Assembly: GCA_963668025.2 (NCBI GenBank) | Contig: CAXXTH010000019.1 | Coordinates: 64,001 to 128,000, forward strand | Direction: 5' to 3' | Origin: Candidatus Hydrogenedentota bacterium | GTDB taxonomy: Bacteria; Hydrogenedentota; Hydrogenedentia; Hydrogenedentales; SLHB01 | DNA: 64,000 nt | Shown here: positions 17,546-27,140 of the stretch, in pieces | Layout: the number at the start of each line of letters is the position of its first letter | Position numbering within the stretch: the stretch's first letter is position 1 | The notes under the pieces: model-generated | Database searches by the model: none | Told to the model about the DNA's origin: nothing | What the model saw: only the letters and a program-made list of their open reading frames with translations | Program-made: the position numbers and the translations under genes

Positions 17546-20371
17546 ATGATGGGAAGCATCACACCGGTACTCGCAGGAGTTCTATTTGCAGCCATGGGAG
17601 AAGCCATGCCGCCAGCGGATGTGGGCGTATTTCATACTCCCCAACAAACGTGTTTGCTTCTAGATTCCGTGCCTAAGTCCCATTTCCGTTTTTCGGGGAC
17701 CATGGGCGCGTACATTGACGCATCTATCCGTGAATGGATCAAGCGCGCGCCGGAAGCTAATCCTGGCATCTTGGAACAGCTTCGCCGCCGGGAGAGCAAT
17801 CCGCCCCGCCCTTACCTGGTGGATTGGGCGGGCGAATTTGCGGGGAAATATCTGATCTCCGCCGTACAAGCCCTTCGCATGTCGGATGACCCCGAGCTGC
17901 GCGAGTATGTCCAGCAATTTGTAAATGAATACATCGCCACGCAAGCCCCCGATGGGTATCTGGGCCCCTGGCCCAAAAATGCAGCGGGCGAGCACCTCAT
18001 GACGATTGATGCGTGGGAGCTGTGGGCCCAGAACCTGGGTATCATGGGCCTGCTGATGTGGCATGAAGAATCCGGCGACCAGGCAGCGTATGACAGCGCC
18101 ATACGCGCTGCGGATGTGGTTTGCGATGTTTTTCTCGATGGCGGCCACCGCCCCCTGGAATTGCATTGTTCCGTCATGAACTTATCCATTATCCAGTCTT
18201 TTGGCTGGCTCTACCGCTTAACGGGGAATGAACGCTTTTTGCGGTTCATGCATGTCATCGAAGAAGAATGGGCTGTTTCCGCGGATTTCTTCCGCGAAGG
18301 CTTGGCGGGCACGCCCATGTATTTGCTGCCTGATATGGGCTGCCGCTGGGAGAGCCTTGTCGATTTGCAAGGCCTTACCGAACTGTACCGCATTACTGGC
18401 GACAGTGACTACAAACAGGCGTTTGTAAACCTCTGGTCTTCGATTCGCCAATACGACCGGCATCCGTCGGGTGCGTTCTCGACTCATGAGTGCGCCATTG
18501 GTGATCCGTATGACCAAGTGGGCGGCATTGAAACCTGTTGCACCGTGGCTTGGACCGCCATGACAGCCGACATGCTTCGCCTTACGGCGGATTCCAGCGC
18601 GGCGGATGAACTCGAACTCTCGACCTGGAACCAAGCGCTGGCTTCGCTCCATCCATCTGGAAGCTGGTGTACCTATCATACCCCGTTAAATGGACATCGG
18701 GATCCTTCCTTCCAGAGCATTGCGTTCCAGGCGCGCCCAGGAACGCCAGAAATCAATTGCTGTTCGGTGAATGGATTCCGCGCCTTGGGTGTTTTGACGG
18801 AATGGGCGGTGATGCAGGCCAATGACGGGCTGGTGGTGAACTTCTATGGCCCATCGGAAGCCAGTGTCCGTTTGAAGGACGGCGCACCTGTTATCTTGAC
18901 GCAAGATACTGATTACCCCATCGGCGGCAAGGTGCGCCTTCGCATGGGCCTCCAGCATGCTTCCGAGTTTTCGTTGCGGCTGCGTATCCCCGCCTGGTCG
19001 GCTAATACCCAAGTGCGGTGGGATAAGGAGTCCGCGACACCGAAAGCAGGCGAGTATTATGTGATCACGAGAAAATGGCGGGATGGAGACTCCGTGGACC
19101 TCGAATTCGACATGTCTCCGCGCTATTGGGCAGGCGAGCTCTCGTGCAAGGATTCCGCGGCTCTGTACCGGGGTCCAATATTGCTGGCCGCTGACGCCCA
19201 TTACAACACGACTCCATTGGATGCGTTGCCTGCGGTGGACCTTAAAAACCTTGAGTTTAGGCCAGTACCTGTGGAGCCCGGAAAACGCCCTGCAAGTTTC
19301 CCTCCGATGGGGCTTTGGGATGTGCAGACGCCAAATGGAACGCTCCGCCTGTGTGACTTCGCTTCAGCGGGCGTTTTGGGAACAGACTATAAAGCATGGC
19401 TGGCTGCCGGGAACGCCGGACCGCCTCCCGTGTGGCTCGCACGGCCGGTCGCGGATGCTGTGATTGCCGCCGGGCCGGTGTTGTTCCAATGGACAGCCTA
19501 TTTGCGCAAAAGCGAAGAAGAGCGTTCCTTTACCTTGCGCATCGCACGCGATGCGGAGTTCACGGATATAGTCCAAGAGATTAATGACATACGCGACAGG
19601 CGGTTTGTGCTCCAGCCAGGGCTCACCGAAGCGGGGCCATACTATTGGGAAATCATTTCCCACAATTCGAATGGCGGCCGTAAAAATGAGCTTGGCCCCA
19701 GCTTGTTCCATGTGGACTCGTCTCTTGAAAATACCGTGTTAGCGGATACTACCCCGCCTCCATTAGGAGAGGGCCAAACGCTGGTGGCGTCGAAACTCGA
19801 TGGGAACGGCGCGCCGTGGTTTGGCAAGCTGCTCGAAGAAAAGAAGGTCGAGCCTGCCGCAGACCGCTTTGGCCATATGAACAGCGCTGTTCAATTGAAT
19901 GGACTGGACAGCGGTATTTATTACGAGGCACCATGCTATTCCGAAGAGGATCTCTCGGTTTGCGCATGGATCTGTCCCGATGCCTTGGACAATACACGGA
20001 CGGTTTTCTCTGCATGGCATAGCGCCGGCATGTTCAATCCGCTATGCATTTTCATACGCGACGGCAATCTCTTTGCCCGAACGGAAACTGTCGGCCTCTT
20101 GGACACAAACGGCGTTCCCGTGGAGAAAGGCAAGTGGATTCATGCCGCAGCGGTAAAAGAGGGCGAGGTGCTGTCCTTGTACATCAATGGCAAGCTGGCT
20201 GCATCACGGCCGGTGCGCAAGTTCATTAATGCGTATCAGAAGAAAGTCGCCATTGGGGCAAACCCCAATGCGCCAGGGGAAAACTTTGCGGGGCGTATCG
20301 ATAATTTCCAGTTTCTGGCCCGGGCGCTGGCTCCTGCTGAAGTCGAGGCATTAGCAGCGGAGAAACCCTAA
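17546..20371 (+). CDS. GH127 (DUF1680) beta-L-arabinofuranosidase-like glycoside hydrolase with C-terminal LamG domain
   Basis: WAGEFAGKYL, ETCCTVAW, NCCSVNG (Zn-ligand Cys motifs), LRIPAWS, LYRGPILLA; LamG motif WIHAAAV...LYINGKL...FAGRIDN. Confidence 0.85.
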   Translation: MMGSITPVLAGVLFAAMGEAMPPADVGVFHTPQQTCLLLDSVPKSHFRFSGTMGAYIDASIREWIKRAPEANPGILEQLRRRESNPPRPYLVDWAGEFAGKYLISAVQALRMSDDPELREYVQQFVNEYIATQAPDGYLGPWPKNAAGEHLMTIDAWELWAQNLGIMGLLMWHEESGDQAAYDSAIRAADVVCDVFLDGGHRPLELHCSVMNLSIIQSFGWLYRLTGNERFLRFMHVIEEEWAVSADFFREGLAGTPMYLLPDMGCRWESLVDLQGLTELYRITGDSDYKQAFVNLWSSIRQYDRHPSGAFSTHECAIGDPYDQVGGIETCCTVAWTAMTADMLRLTADSSAADELELSTWNQALASLHPSGSWCTYHTPLNGHRDPSFQSIAFQARPGTPEINCCSVNGFRALGVLTEWAVMQANDGLVVNFYGPSEASVRLKDGAPVILTQDTDYPIGGKVRLRMGLQHASEFSLRLRIPAWSANTQVRWDKESATPKAGEYYVITRKWRDGDSVDLEFDMSPRYWAGELSCKDSAALYRGPILLAADAHYNTTPLDALPAVDLKNLEFRPVPVEPGKRPASFPPMGLWDVQTPNGTLRLCDFASAGVLGTDYKAWLAAGNAGPPPVWLARPVADAVIAAGPVLFQWTAYLRKSEEERSFTLRIARDAEFTDIVQEINDIRDRRFVLQPGLTEAGPYYWEIISHNSNGGRKNELGPSLFHVDSSLENTVLADTTPPPLGEGQTLVASKLDGNGAPWFGKLLEEKKVEPAADRFGHMNSAVQLNGLDSGIYYEAPCYSEEDLSVCAWICPDALDNTRTVFSAWHSAGMFNPLCIFIRDGNLFARTETVGLLDTNGVPVEKGKWIHAAAVKEGEVLSLYINGKLAASRPVRKFINAYQKKVAIGANPNAPGENFAGRIDNFQFLARALAPAEVEALAAEKP

Positions 20372-20480
20372 CCCGGTTTCCGCAGTTATTCCGCAGTTAT
20401 TCTTGTAAGTGATAGGTAATACCGGATATCTTAAACGCACCTATTCATGCGGCGTTGATGCTTGGCATAACTCGGGTAAT

Positions 20481-20510
20481 TTGACAAGTATTCACCCCCT
20501 TGATTAGAAT
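20481..20510 (+). promoter_or_regulatory. sigma70 promoter of the tRNA pair (TTGACA-18-TAGAAT)
   Basis: Read directly, 13 bp upstream of tRNA-Cys. Confidence 0.6.
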
Positions 20511-20523
20511 CCCACCGCGTTGA

Positions 20524-20599
20524 GGCGGCATAGCCAAGTTGGTAAGGCAATGGTTTGCAAAACCATGTATCCCCGGTTCGAATCCGGGTGCCGCCTCCA
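20524..20599 (+). tRNA. tRNA-Cys(GCA)
   Basis: Acceptor stem GGCGGCA/TGCCGCC, anticodon arm ATGGT-TTGCAAA-ACCAT, GGTTCGAATCC T-arm, encoded CCA. Confidence 0.96.
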
Positions 20600-20644
20600 T
20601 CCTGCTTTTCAAATAGTCCGCTTCATCGCCAGTAATTCCTCTTA

Positions 20645-20729
20645 GGGCGAGTGGTGGAACGGCATACACGGCGGACTTAAAATCCGCTGCCCAAAAGGCT
20701 TGAGGGTTCGAATCCCTCCTCGCCCACCA
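20645..20729 (+). tRNA. tRNA-Leu(TAA)
   Basis: GGGCGAG/CTCGCCC acceptor stem, GCGGA-CTTAAAA-TCCGC anticodon arm, long variable arm, GGTTCGAATCC, CCA. Confidence 0.96.
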
Positions 20730-20916
20730 TTGAAAACAAAGGACTTACGTAGGTTTGTGAACCCTTTCCTTTTTTTCATCCCGATCCCTCTATATTTCGG
20801 TCCAATGCCGCCATCGCGAAGCCAAACTCGAATCCTAGACTCACCGATGTAATGTTTAGCACTATTGCGAAGCGCGTTGACGGTTTTAGTTCTGCAATCT
20901 ACAATGCAGACATTAT

Positions 20917-21993
20917 TTGCGGAGGGATTTGTTTGTGAATGAGAAGACAATCTGCGAGCGAGAGAACTACCTTCGTGCCGTCGAGGCACGATACCCGGAA
21001 TGGATTCCTATCACATTCGAATTCCAACCAGCGGTCTGGATGAAATATGGCGATCAACTGGCCAGCCTTATCGCCCGGCATCCGCTTGTTTCGGGCAGCC
21101 ATCAGCGGGGCTATGAATACCCGAGTTCCATTGATCCGTTGCTCGTTAAAGACACTGAGTTCATGGATGACTGGGGCTGTGTATGGCACAATACGCAAAC
21201 AGGATTACTCGGGCGCGTCGTTACTCACCCGTTGGCGGACTGGAAAGCCTTTGGCCAGTTTCAGCCTCCTAAGCCGGTGGACCAGTTTGACTGGCCTTCG
21301 CTAAAAGAAAGAACCAAGGAAAAACGGCGCCATAATCTGCTCACTGTTGCAGAACCCGAATCTTTTGCCCAAGGAGGTTTCCTAGATCGCTTGGTGTTTC
21401 TACGTGGATATGAGAACCTTATGATGGATTTGCTTGAGGAACCACCCGAACTTTTGCGTTTAATTGATATCCTGTTTGAATATAATATGGACTATCTGCG
21501 GAGATGGCTAGACATTGGTGTGGATGTCGTATGGCATCACGGTGATATTGGCAGCCAAGCCGGCCCTGCGATAGCCCCTGAAACGTTCCGCAAGTTCTTC
21601 AAGCCGGCGTATAAAGAGATGTTTCAAACTTGCAGAAGAGCAGGCGCGCATGTTTGGTATTCATCAGATGGAAACCTGCTTGCTCTGGTGGACGACTTTG
21701 TGGAATGTGGCATTTCGATCCATGATCCTCAAGTCCGCCCGAATACGATCGATGGGATTGCACGGCATTACCGAGGCAAATTATGTGCGCTGGCCGACAT
21801 AGACGAGCAGATGCTTCCATTTGCGACGCCGGAACAGATTGACGCTCAAGTTAAAGAGATTGTGGCGAAAGTGGGCGCACCCGAGGGAGGTTTGATGCTA
21901 TTCGCGATCCCGAGCCAGGATGTTCCTCTCGTGAATATCGAGGCTCTATATATCGCATGGGAAAAACATTGTTATCACAATTGGCCGTCCTGA
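20917..21993 (+). CDS. Uroporphyrinogen decarboxylase-like / MtaA-CmuA family protein
   Basis: DDWGCVW, HPLADW, LRGYENLMMDL, GDIGSQ, KPAYK, SDGN, DIDEQMLPF. The exact start is uncertain. Confidence 0.78.
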   Translation: MRRDLFVNEKTICERENYLRAVEARYPEWIPITFEFQPAVWMKYGDQLASLIARHPLVSGSHQRGYEYPSSIDPLLVKDTEFMDDWGCVWHNTQTGLLGRVVTHPLADWKAFGQFQPPKPVDQFDWPSLKERTKEKRRHNLLTVAEPESFAQGGFLDRLVFLRGYENLMMDLLEEPPELLRLIDILFEYNMDYLRRWLDIGVDVVWHHGDIGSQAGPAIAPETFRKFFKPAYKEMFQTCRRAGAHVWYSSDGNLLALVDDFVECGISIHDPQVRPNTIDGIARHYRGKLCALADIDEQMLPFATPEQIDAQVKEIVAKVGAPEGGLMLFAIPSQDVPLVNIEALYIAWEKHCYHNWPS

Positions 21994-22074
21994 AGGCGGA
22001 AGGAACCGTATCCTCTGCACGCAGGTTCTGATATAGCAAAAAAAACTGAAAATGGAATTCATGGAGAGGTTGTT

Positions 22075-22779
22075 ATGAATATACTTGCTTTAGGCGCACA
22101 TCCCGATGACGTGGAAGGTTTCTGCGGAGGCACGCTTTTTAAGTATAAAGATGCAGGGCATCGCATCTATATTGCCCTCTCGACAAGCGGCAATATCGGC
22201 TCGAACACGGCAGCGGCGCGGGAGGAAATCGCCGCGATTCGTGAAGCGGAGCAGAGGGCCGCGGCAAAGTTATTGGACGCTGAGACAAGATTTCTAGGGT
22301 ATGATGATGAGCTTCTACTCGATACTCCTGAGACCCGCCGTGCGGTCCTCAACGCCATCCGGTGGGCTGACCCTGATGTCATCCTCACCCATTGGCCGAA
22401 CGATCCGAGCACGGATCATGCGATGACGGGGAAGATCGTCACGGAAGTGCTTCTGTGCTCCCCTTCGAACCTGATTCCGAGTGATGAACCACCTATTGAA
22501 AAAAAACCTTCGGTTTTTTTCTGGGACACGGCAAGCGGCATCAATTTTTTGCCAGAAGCGTATGTAAACATTAGTGATTCCATGGATAGAAAAATGGAAG
22601 CGCTCAAGCTGCATGATAGCCAGATCGGTTGGATGGGAGAATTCGCCGAAGATAGTCTGCCTGAACTGATCCGCTGCTGGTCACGGTTCCGCGGCTCCCA
22701 GGTAGGCTGCCGGTATGCCGAGGGATTCATTGCATTCCGGGTCATGGGGTTCATGCCCGACTTCAAGTTGCTTCCATGA
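22075..22779 (+). CDS. PIG-L/LmbE family N-acetylglucosaminyl deacetylase
   Basis: GAHPDDVE, THWPNDPSTDH, ALKLHDSQ, YAEGF. Confidence 0.9.
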   Translation: MNILALGAHPDDVEGFCGGTLFKYKDAGHRIYIALSTSGNIGSNTAAAREEIAAIREAEQRAAAKLLDAETRFLGYDDELLLDTPETRRAVLNAIRWADPDVILTHWPNDPSTDHAMTGKIVTEVLLCSPSNLIPSDEPPIEKKPSVFFWDTASGINFLPEAYVNISDSMDRKMEALKLHDSQIGWMGEFAEDSLPELIRCWSRFRGSQVGCRYAEGFIAFRVMGFMPDFKLLP

Positions 22780-23009
22780 TATGCAAGGCTAGGCTTAATG
22801 CAGCCTATTGGCGGCACGCATTTATTTTCTGCCGTGCTCTGTTATAGATACGATTACCAAGGTGAGACAAGAACATCTGTAACAATTTAGCCCAGTGGTG
22901 AAGAACGGCCAGCGAAAAGGAATAAACAAGGCTGCCAAATACAAGATGCTACTTCAGTCGGCTAAAGTATTTAGAATATCTTTATTTACCATCATGGGGA
23001 GTGAAAAGC

Positions 23010-24077
23010 ATGTTTAATGGTCTTGAGATGAATCTGGGCAATCTTTGCCGGTTGTCCAACGCACAGACACGCTCGATATCGCCAGAGAATTTTAAGGGTG
23101 AAAAGGGCAAGGGCGGAATGGCCGTGGAAGGCACGGGCGCAAATTGTGCGCGTGATTTGGGCCAGGGATGGAAGATTTCGCCGTCTGTGAGTATCAAAGC
23201 GGGTGAAGTCTTCGAGTTGGCGGATATCGATGGCCCGGGTGCGATTCAGCAGATCTGGATGACCCCGACGGGATGCTGGCGCTATTCCATCCTGCGGGTG
23301 TATTGGGACGGCGAGGAGACGCCCAGCATCGAAACGCCCATTGGCGATTTTTTCGGCATGGGCTGGGGGGAATACGCCCCGCTCAATTCGCTGCCCGTAT
23401 GCGTCAATCCTGGAAGCGCCTTCAACTGTTACTGGAATATGCCGTTCCGCAAGCATTGCCGCATGACCTTCACCAATATCGCCGATGAAGACATGACGCT
23501 CTACTATCAAATTAACTACACGTTGACGGAAGTTCCCGAGGATGCCGCCTATTTCCATGCCCAGTTCCGCCGCACGAATCCGCTCCCGTATAAAGAAGTT
23601 TATACCATTTTAGACGGCATCAAGGGCAAGGGGCAGTATGTAGGCACCTACATGGCCTGGCAGGTGAACAACACCGGCTGGTGGGGCGAAGGCGAGATCA
23701 AGTTCTACATGGACGGGGACGAATGGCCTACCATCTGCGGCACGGGCACGGAAGACTATTTCTGCGGCTCGTATAACTTTGATCGGGGCGGCCAATACAC
23801 CGTCTTCTCAACTCCCTATGCTGGCCTGCACCAAGTCATCCGGCCCGACGGCGCGTACCGCAGCCAGCAGCGCTTCGGACTCTACCGCTGGCATATCATG
23901 GACCCCGTGCGTTTCGAGAACGACTTGCGGGTGACCATGCAAGCTTTAGGATGGCGAAGCTATGGCCGGTATTTACCGAATCAGGATGATATCGCCAGTG
24001 TGGCCTATTGGTACCAGTCCGAGCCACACGCGCCGTTCCCCGTACTGCCGGATAGGGATTTTCTAGAGGTCATTTAG
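23010..24077 (+). CDS. DUF2961 / GH172 glycoside hydrolase
   Basis: TRSISPENFKGEKG, GPGAIQQIWMT, WWGEGE, GTGTEDYF, YRWHIMDP, DDIASVAYWYQ. Confidence 0.9.
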   Translation: MFNGLEMNLGNLCRLSNAQTRSISPENFKGEKGKGGMAVEGTGANCARDLGQGWKISPSVSIKAGEVFELADIDGPGAIQQIWMTPTGCWRYSILRVYWDGEETPSIETPIGDFFGMGWGEYAPLNSLPVCVNPGSAFNCYWNMPFRKHCRMTFTNIADEDMTLYYQINYTLTEVPEDAAYFHAQFRRTNPLPYKEVYTILDGIKGKGQYVGTYMAWQVNNTGWWGEGEIKFYMDGDEWPTICGTGTEDYFCGSYNFDRGGQYTVFSTPYAGLHQVIRPDGAYRSQQRFGLYRWHIMDPVRFENDLRVTMQALGWRSYGRYLPNQDDIASVAYWYQSEPHAPFPVLPDRDFLEVI

Positions 24078-24104
24078 GGCGGACAGTTTAAGATCGGATT
24101 TTTT

Positions 24105-24170
24105 CACCACCAAGACACGAAGACACAAAGAATTGTTTTTTATTCTTTGTGTCATAGTGTCTTGGTGGTG
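24105..24170. repeat. Hairpin of CAC(C/G)AAGA 9-mer units between convergent genes; may act as a bidirectional terminator
   Basis: CACCACCAAGACACGAAGACACAAAGAA vs TTCTTTGTGTCATAGTGTCTTGGTGGTG. Confidence 0.65.
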
Positions 24171-24227
24171 CTATTTTTTGGATGGAAAGAGCCTTACACC
24201 AAGGCTCTTCCCACGATATACGGTTAT

Positions 24228-26939
24228 TCAGCTTGTGATCACCACTGGCGCGCTGAAGTGATATTCGCCGCTTCCCACCTCGAAGACCGCCGCGACGTCT
24301 TGCCAGCCAATATTCGCAACGCCTTCGGCCTCGCTCGCGGGCCTGCCGCTTTCTTGCACGCTGTCCGCGCTAGATGCAGGCACATACACTTTCGCCTGCG
24401 CACCCACTGGCACCACGACATCGAGCAAAAACTGGCCGTTCTCGATGCGCCAGGCGCTCTTGATCGGGCCGCGGATCGAGTCGTATTCCGCGCTGGCGTG
24501 GGTGAAACCGCCGCCGGGACGCGGGCGGATGGAAATGCGCCGGTAGCCAGGCTCTTCCAAGTCGAGCCCCGCCACGACGCGGTACATCCAGTCGCCCACG
24601 GCGCCATAGGCGTAATGGTTATACGAGTTCATGCCGGGGTCTTGCGGGCCACGGTCGTCGGTCCAGCCGTCCCAGCGCTCCCAGATGGTGGTCGCGCCGT
24701 ATTTTATGGGGTAGCCCCACGAGGGGAAGGTGTCGTTGAGGAGCAGCCGGTACGCGACATCGAGATGGCCCGTGTTCGACAACGCAAAGGGCAGGTAGGA
24801 GCAGCCCACGAAGCCGGTCGATAGATGCATGTCGCGTGCGCGGATGTCTTCGACCAAGTAGTTAGCGGCTTTCTCGCGCAAGGAAGACGGCAGCAGGCCG
24901 AAGTGCAACGCCAGGACATAGGCCGTCTGGCTTTCGCCATGCACTTTGCCGTCCATGGTTACATATGATTGCTGGAAGTTGAGCCTGATTTGTTCGTACA
25001 GCCCGGTGTAATGGCGGGCGTCCTCTTCTTTACCGAGCACCGCCGCGATTTTCGCCAGAATCCCGCTGGTGTAAGCGAAATATGCGGTGGCGATGACTTC
25101 TTTGGGCGTCTCGGCATTAATGGAAAGCCAATCGCCGAAATCATTCCCGCGTTCTTCGAGCCATAGATGGTTGGGATTGGCGGCGTCCAGGTAATCCACC
25201 CATTTCTTCATCGCATCATAATGCCGTTCGAGAATTCCGGTATCGCCATAGCATTGGTAGAGGGTCCATGGAACGATCACGCCTGCATCGGCCCATGCGG
25301 GAGCGCTTCCTCTCAGGTCCACCATGCGGGGAGCCACATCGGAGTATTCGCCTTCCGGCAGCCTCGCCTCATCGACATCATCCATCCATTTTGTGTAGAA
25401 GGCCGCCGTATTCATGTTGAAGCAGGCCGTGCGCACGAAAATCTGCGCATCGCCCATCCAGCCCAGGCGTTCGTCCCGTTGTGGGCAATCGGTGGGCACT
25501 TCCAGGAAATTACCCCGCTGGCCCCATTCGATATTGTGCTGGAGCTGGTTGATCATGGGATGCGAACAGGTGAAACGGCCCGTAAGGGGCATATCCGCAT
25601 GGACCACTACGCCGGTGATATCATCCAATCCGAGCTCGCAAGGCGCATCGAGCACTTCAACATACCGGAAGCCGTGGAATGTAAATCGCGGTTCATACGT
25701 TTCCAGGCCATCGCCTCGAAGCCAATACTCATCCACGCACCGCGCCGAACGCAGGTTGTCGAGGTATAGCGAACCGTCCGGTTCGAGGATCTCCGCAAAG
25801 CGGAGGGCGATTTTTGCTCCCGCTGGCCCCTTTACCCGTATGCGCGCCCAGCCCACCATGTTTTGCCCCATGTCGAAGCGATAAACGCCCGGGGCGGGAT
25901 TCTTCACGGATTGAGGTTTGAGCTCGAGCATACGGCGCGTGGGCGCGCCGGGGTAGGCTTGCAGGCGGACCGGCTGGGATTCATGAACCACCACGGGCCG
26001 CCACTCGCTTGCGCCATACCCGGGCGTAGCCCAATCACCCAGTTCGCGCCGGGCATCGTATTGCTCGCCCATGTATAAGTCAGCGCCCAAAATGGGCCCA
26101 TTGGCGAAGCGCCATGTCTCATCCGATGTGATTGTGTCTATATGGCCGTCGGCGTACTCGATTTCAAGCTGGGCAAGAAGGCGCGGAGTGCGGCCATAAT
26201 GCCCGCGTGTACGGGTATCCCAGCCTAGGTATCCCGCATACCAACCACAGGCCAGAATAGCCCCGAAGGCGTTGCCTCCTTGGCGCACCTGGGCCGTCAC
26301 ATCATATGCATGGTATAGAACGCGCTGGTTGAAATCCGTCCATCCGGGTGCTAACAGGTCTTCCCCTACGCGCGCGCCATTCAAATAAAGCTCGAATAAT
26401 CCTTGTGCGGTGGCGTAGACCGTGGCGCGGGCCACGGGCGCTGTGGCCTCGAATTCTTTGCGCAGGTGTGGCGAAGGAATAAATTGGATCTGCGAATCGA
26501 GCTTGCCGCCTTTGGGCTCCTTGCCCGGTTCGGGAGGCGCATTTTCCGGACTCAACTCGCCGCCAATCCATTGGGCGCGCCAATCGCCCGGTTCGAGCAG
26601 GCCCATGCCCCAGCGCGCCGGTTCGCTATACGGACTCACCTCGGCATTGCGGTCCCATGACCGCACTTTCCACCAGCACGGTTGGCGGGATGCAAGCGCC
26701 TTGCCGCCATACGCTACTTGAGCGGTTTGCTCCGATTCCACCCGGCCCGAATCCCATAAATCCCCCCGGTCCTCGGCAAGAATTTGGGGAGAAGACGCTA
26801 CGAGCACCTGGTACGCGGTTTGCCGTTGTCCTCGTTCCGGCGAAACCAAAAGCCAGCTCAAACGCGGCTTAGGTGTGTCCACCCCCATAGGGTTCGCCCG
26901 GTATTCCACTTGTAATTGTGTTGGCGTCATGGCGCTCAT
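24228..26939 (-). CDS. Alpha-L-rhamnosidase (GH78)
   Basis: PRLSW, LWDSGRV, DMGQNMVG, TFHGFRY, PTDCPQRDERLGWMGDA, GATTIWERW, MNSYNHYAYG. Confidence 0.93.
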   Translation of the reverse strand: MSAMTPTQLQVEYRANPMGVDTPKPRLSWLLVSPERGQRQTAYQVLVASSPQILAEDRGDLWDSGRVESEQTAQVAYGGKALASRQPCWWKVRSWDRNAEVSPYSEPARWGMGLLEPGDWRAQWIGGELSPENAPPEPGKEPKGGKLDSQIQFIPSPHLRKEFEATAPVARATVYATAQGLFELYLNGARVGEDLLAPGWTDFNQRVLYHAYDVTAQVRQGGNAFGAILACGWYAGYLGWDTRTRGHYGRTPRLLAQLEIEYADGHIDTITSDETWRFANGPILGADLYMGEQYDARRELGDWATPGYGASEWRPVVVHESQPVRLQAYPGAPTRRMLELKPQSVKNPAPGVYRFDMGQNMVGWARIRVKGPAGAKIALRFAEILEPDGSLYLDNLRSARCVDEYWLRGDGLETYEPRFTFHGFRYVEVLDAPCELGLDDITGVVVHADMPLTGRFTCSHPMINQLQHNIEWGQRGNFLEVPTDCPQRDERLGWMGDAQIFVRTACFNMNTAAFYTKWMDDVDEARLPEGEYSDVAPRMVDLRGSAPAWADAGVIVPWTLYQCYGDTGILERHYDAMKKWVDYLDAANPNHLWLEERGNDFGDWLSINAETPKEVIATAYFAYTSGILAKIAAVLGKEEDARHYTGLYEQIRLNFQQSYVTMDGKVHGESQTAYVLALHFGLLPSSLREKAANYLVEDIRARDMHLSTGFVGCSYLPFALSNTGHLDVAYRLLLNDTFPSWGYPIKYGATTIWERWDGWTDDRGPQDPGMNSYNHYAYGAVGDWMYRVVAGLDLEEPGYRRISIRPRPGGGFTHASAEYDSIRGPIKSAWRIENGQFLLDVVVPVGAQAKVYVPASSADSVQESGRPASEAEGVANIGWQDVAAVFEVGSGEYHFSAPVVITS

Positions 26940-26959
26940 TCGAACATCTCCTACACTTA

Positions 26960-27003
26960 CACTGCGCTAATTCAAGACAGGCACTGCGTTAATTCAAGAC
27001 AGG
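26960..27003. repeat. Two tandem 22-bp direct repeats CACTGCG(C/T)TAATTCAAGACAGG
   Basis: Read directly; one mismatch. Confidence 0.8.
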
Positions 27004-27078
27004 CGGCGTATCTTACCGATTTGAATCTGTAAAAACCATGCAAGCATCCGTAAAAAGCCGAATTCATACTGAATTCAA

Positions 27079-27117
27079 ACGGTGCTTGCGCCAGTCAATG
27101 GATGGCGCAAGCACCGT
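27079..27117 (-). terminator. Strong hairpin downstream of GH109
   Basis: ACGGTGCTTGCGCCA-N9-TGGCGCAAGCACCGT perfect 15-bp stem. Confidence 0.6.
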
Positions 27118-27140
27118 GCTTAGGCGGCAAAAGCGGGGGT

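Noticed and set aside
20379-20403. 11-bp tandem repeat TTCCGCAGTTA x2
   Set aside because: Only two units; most likely a slippage duplication.
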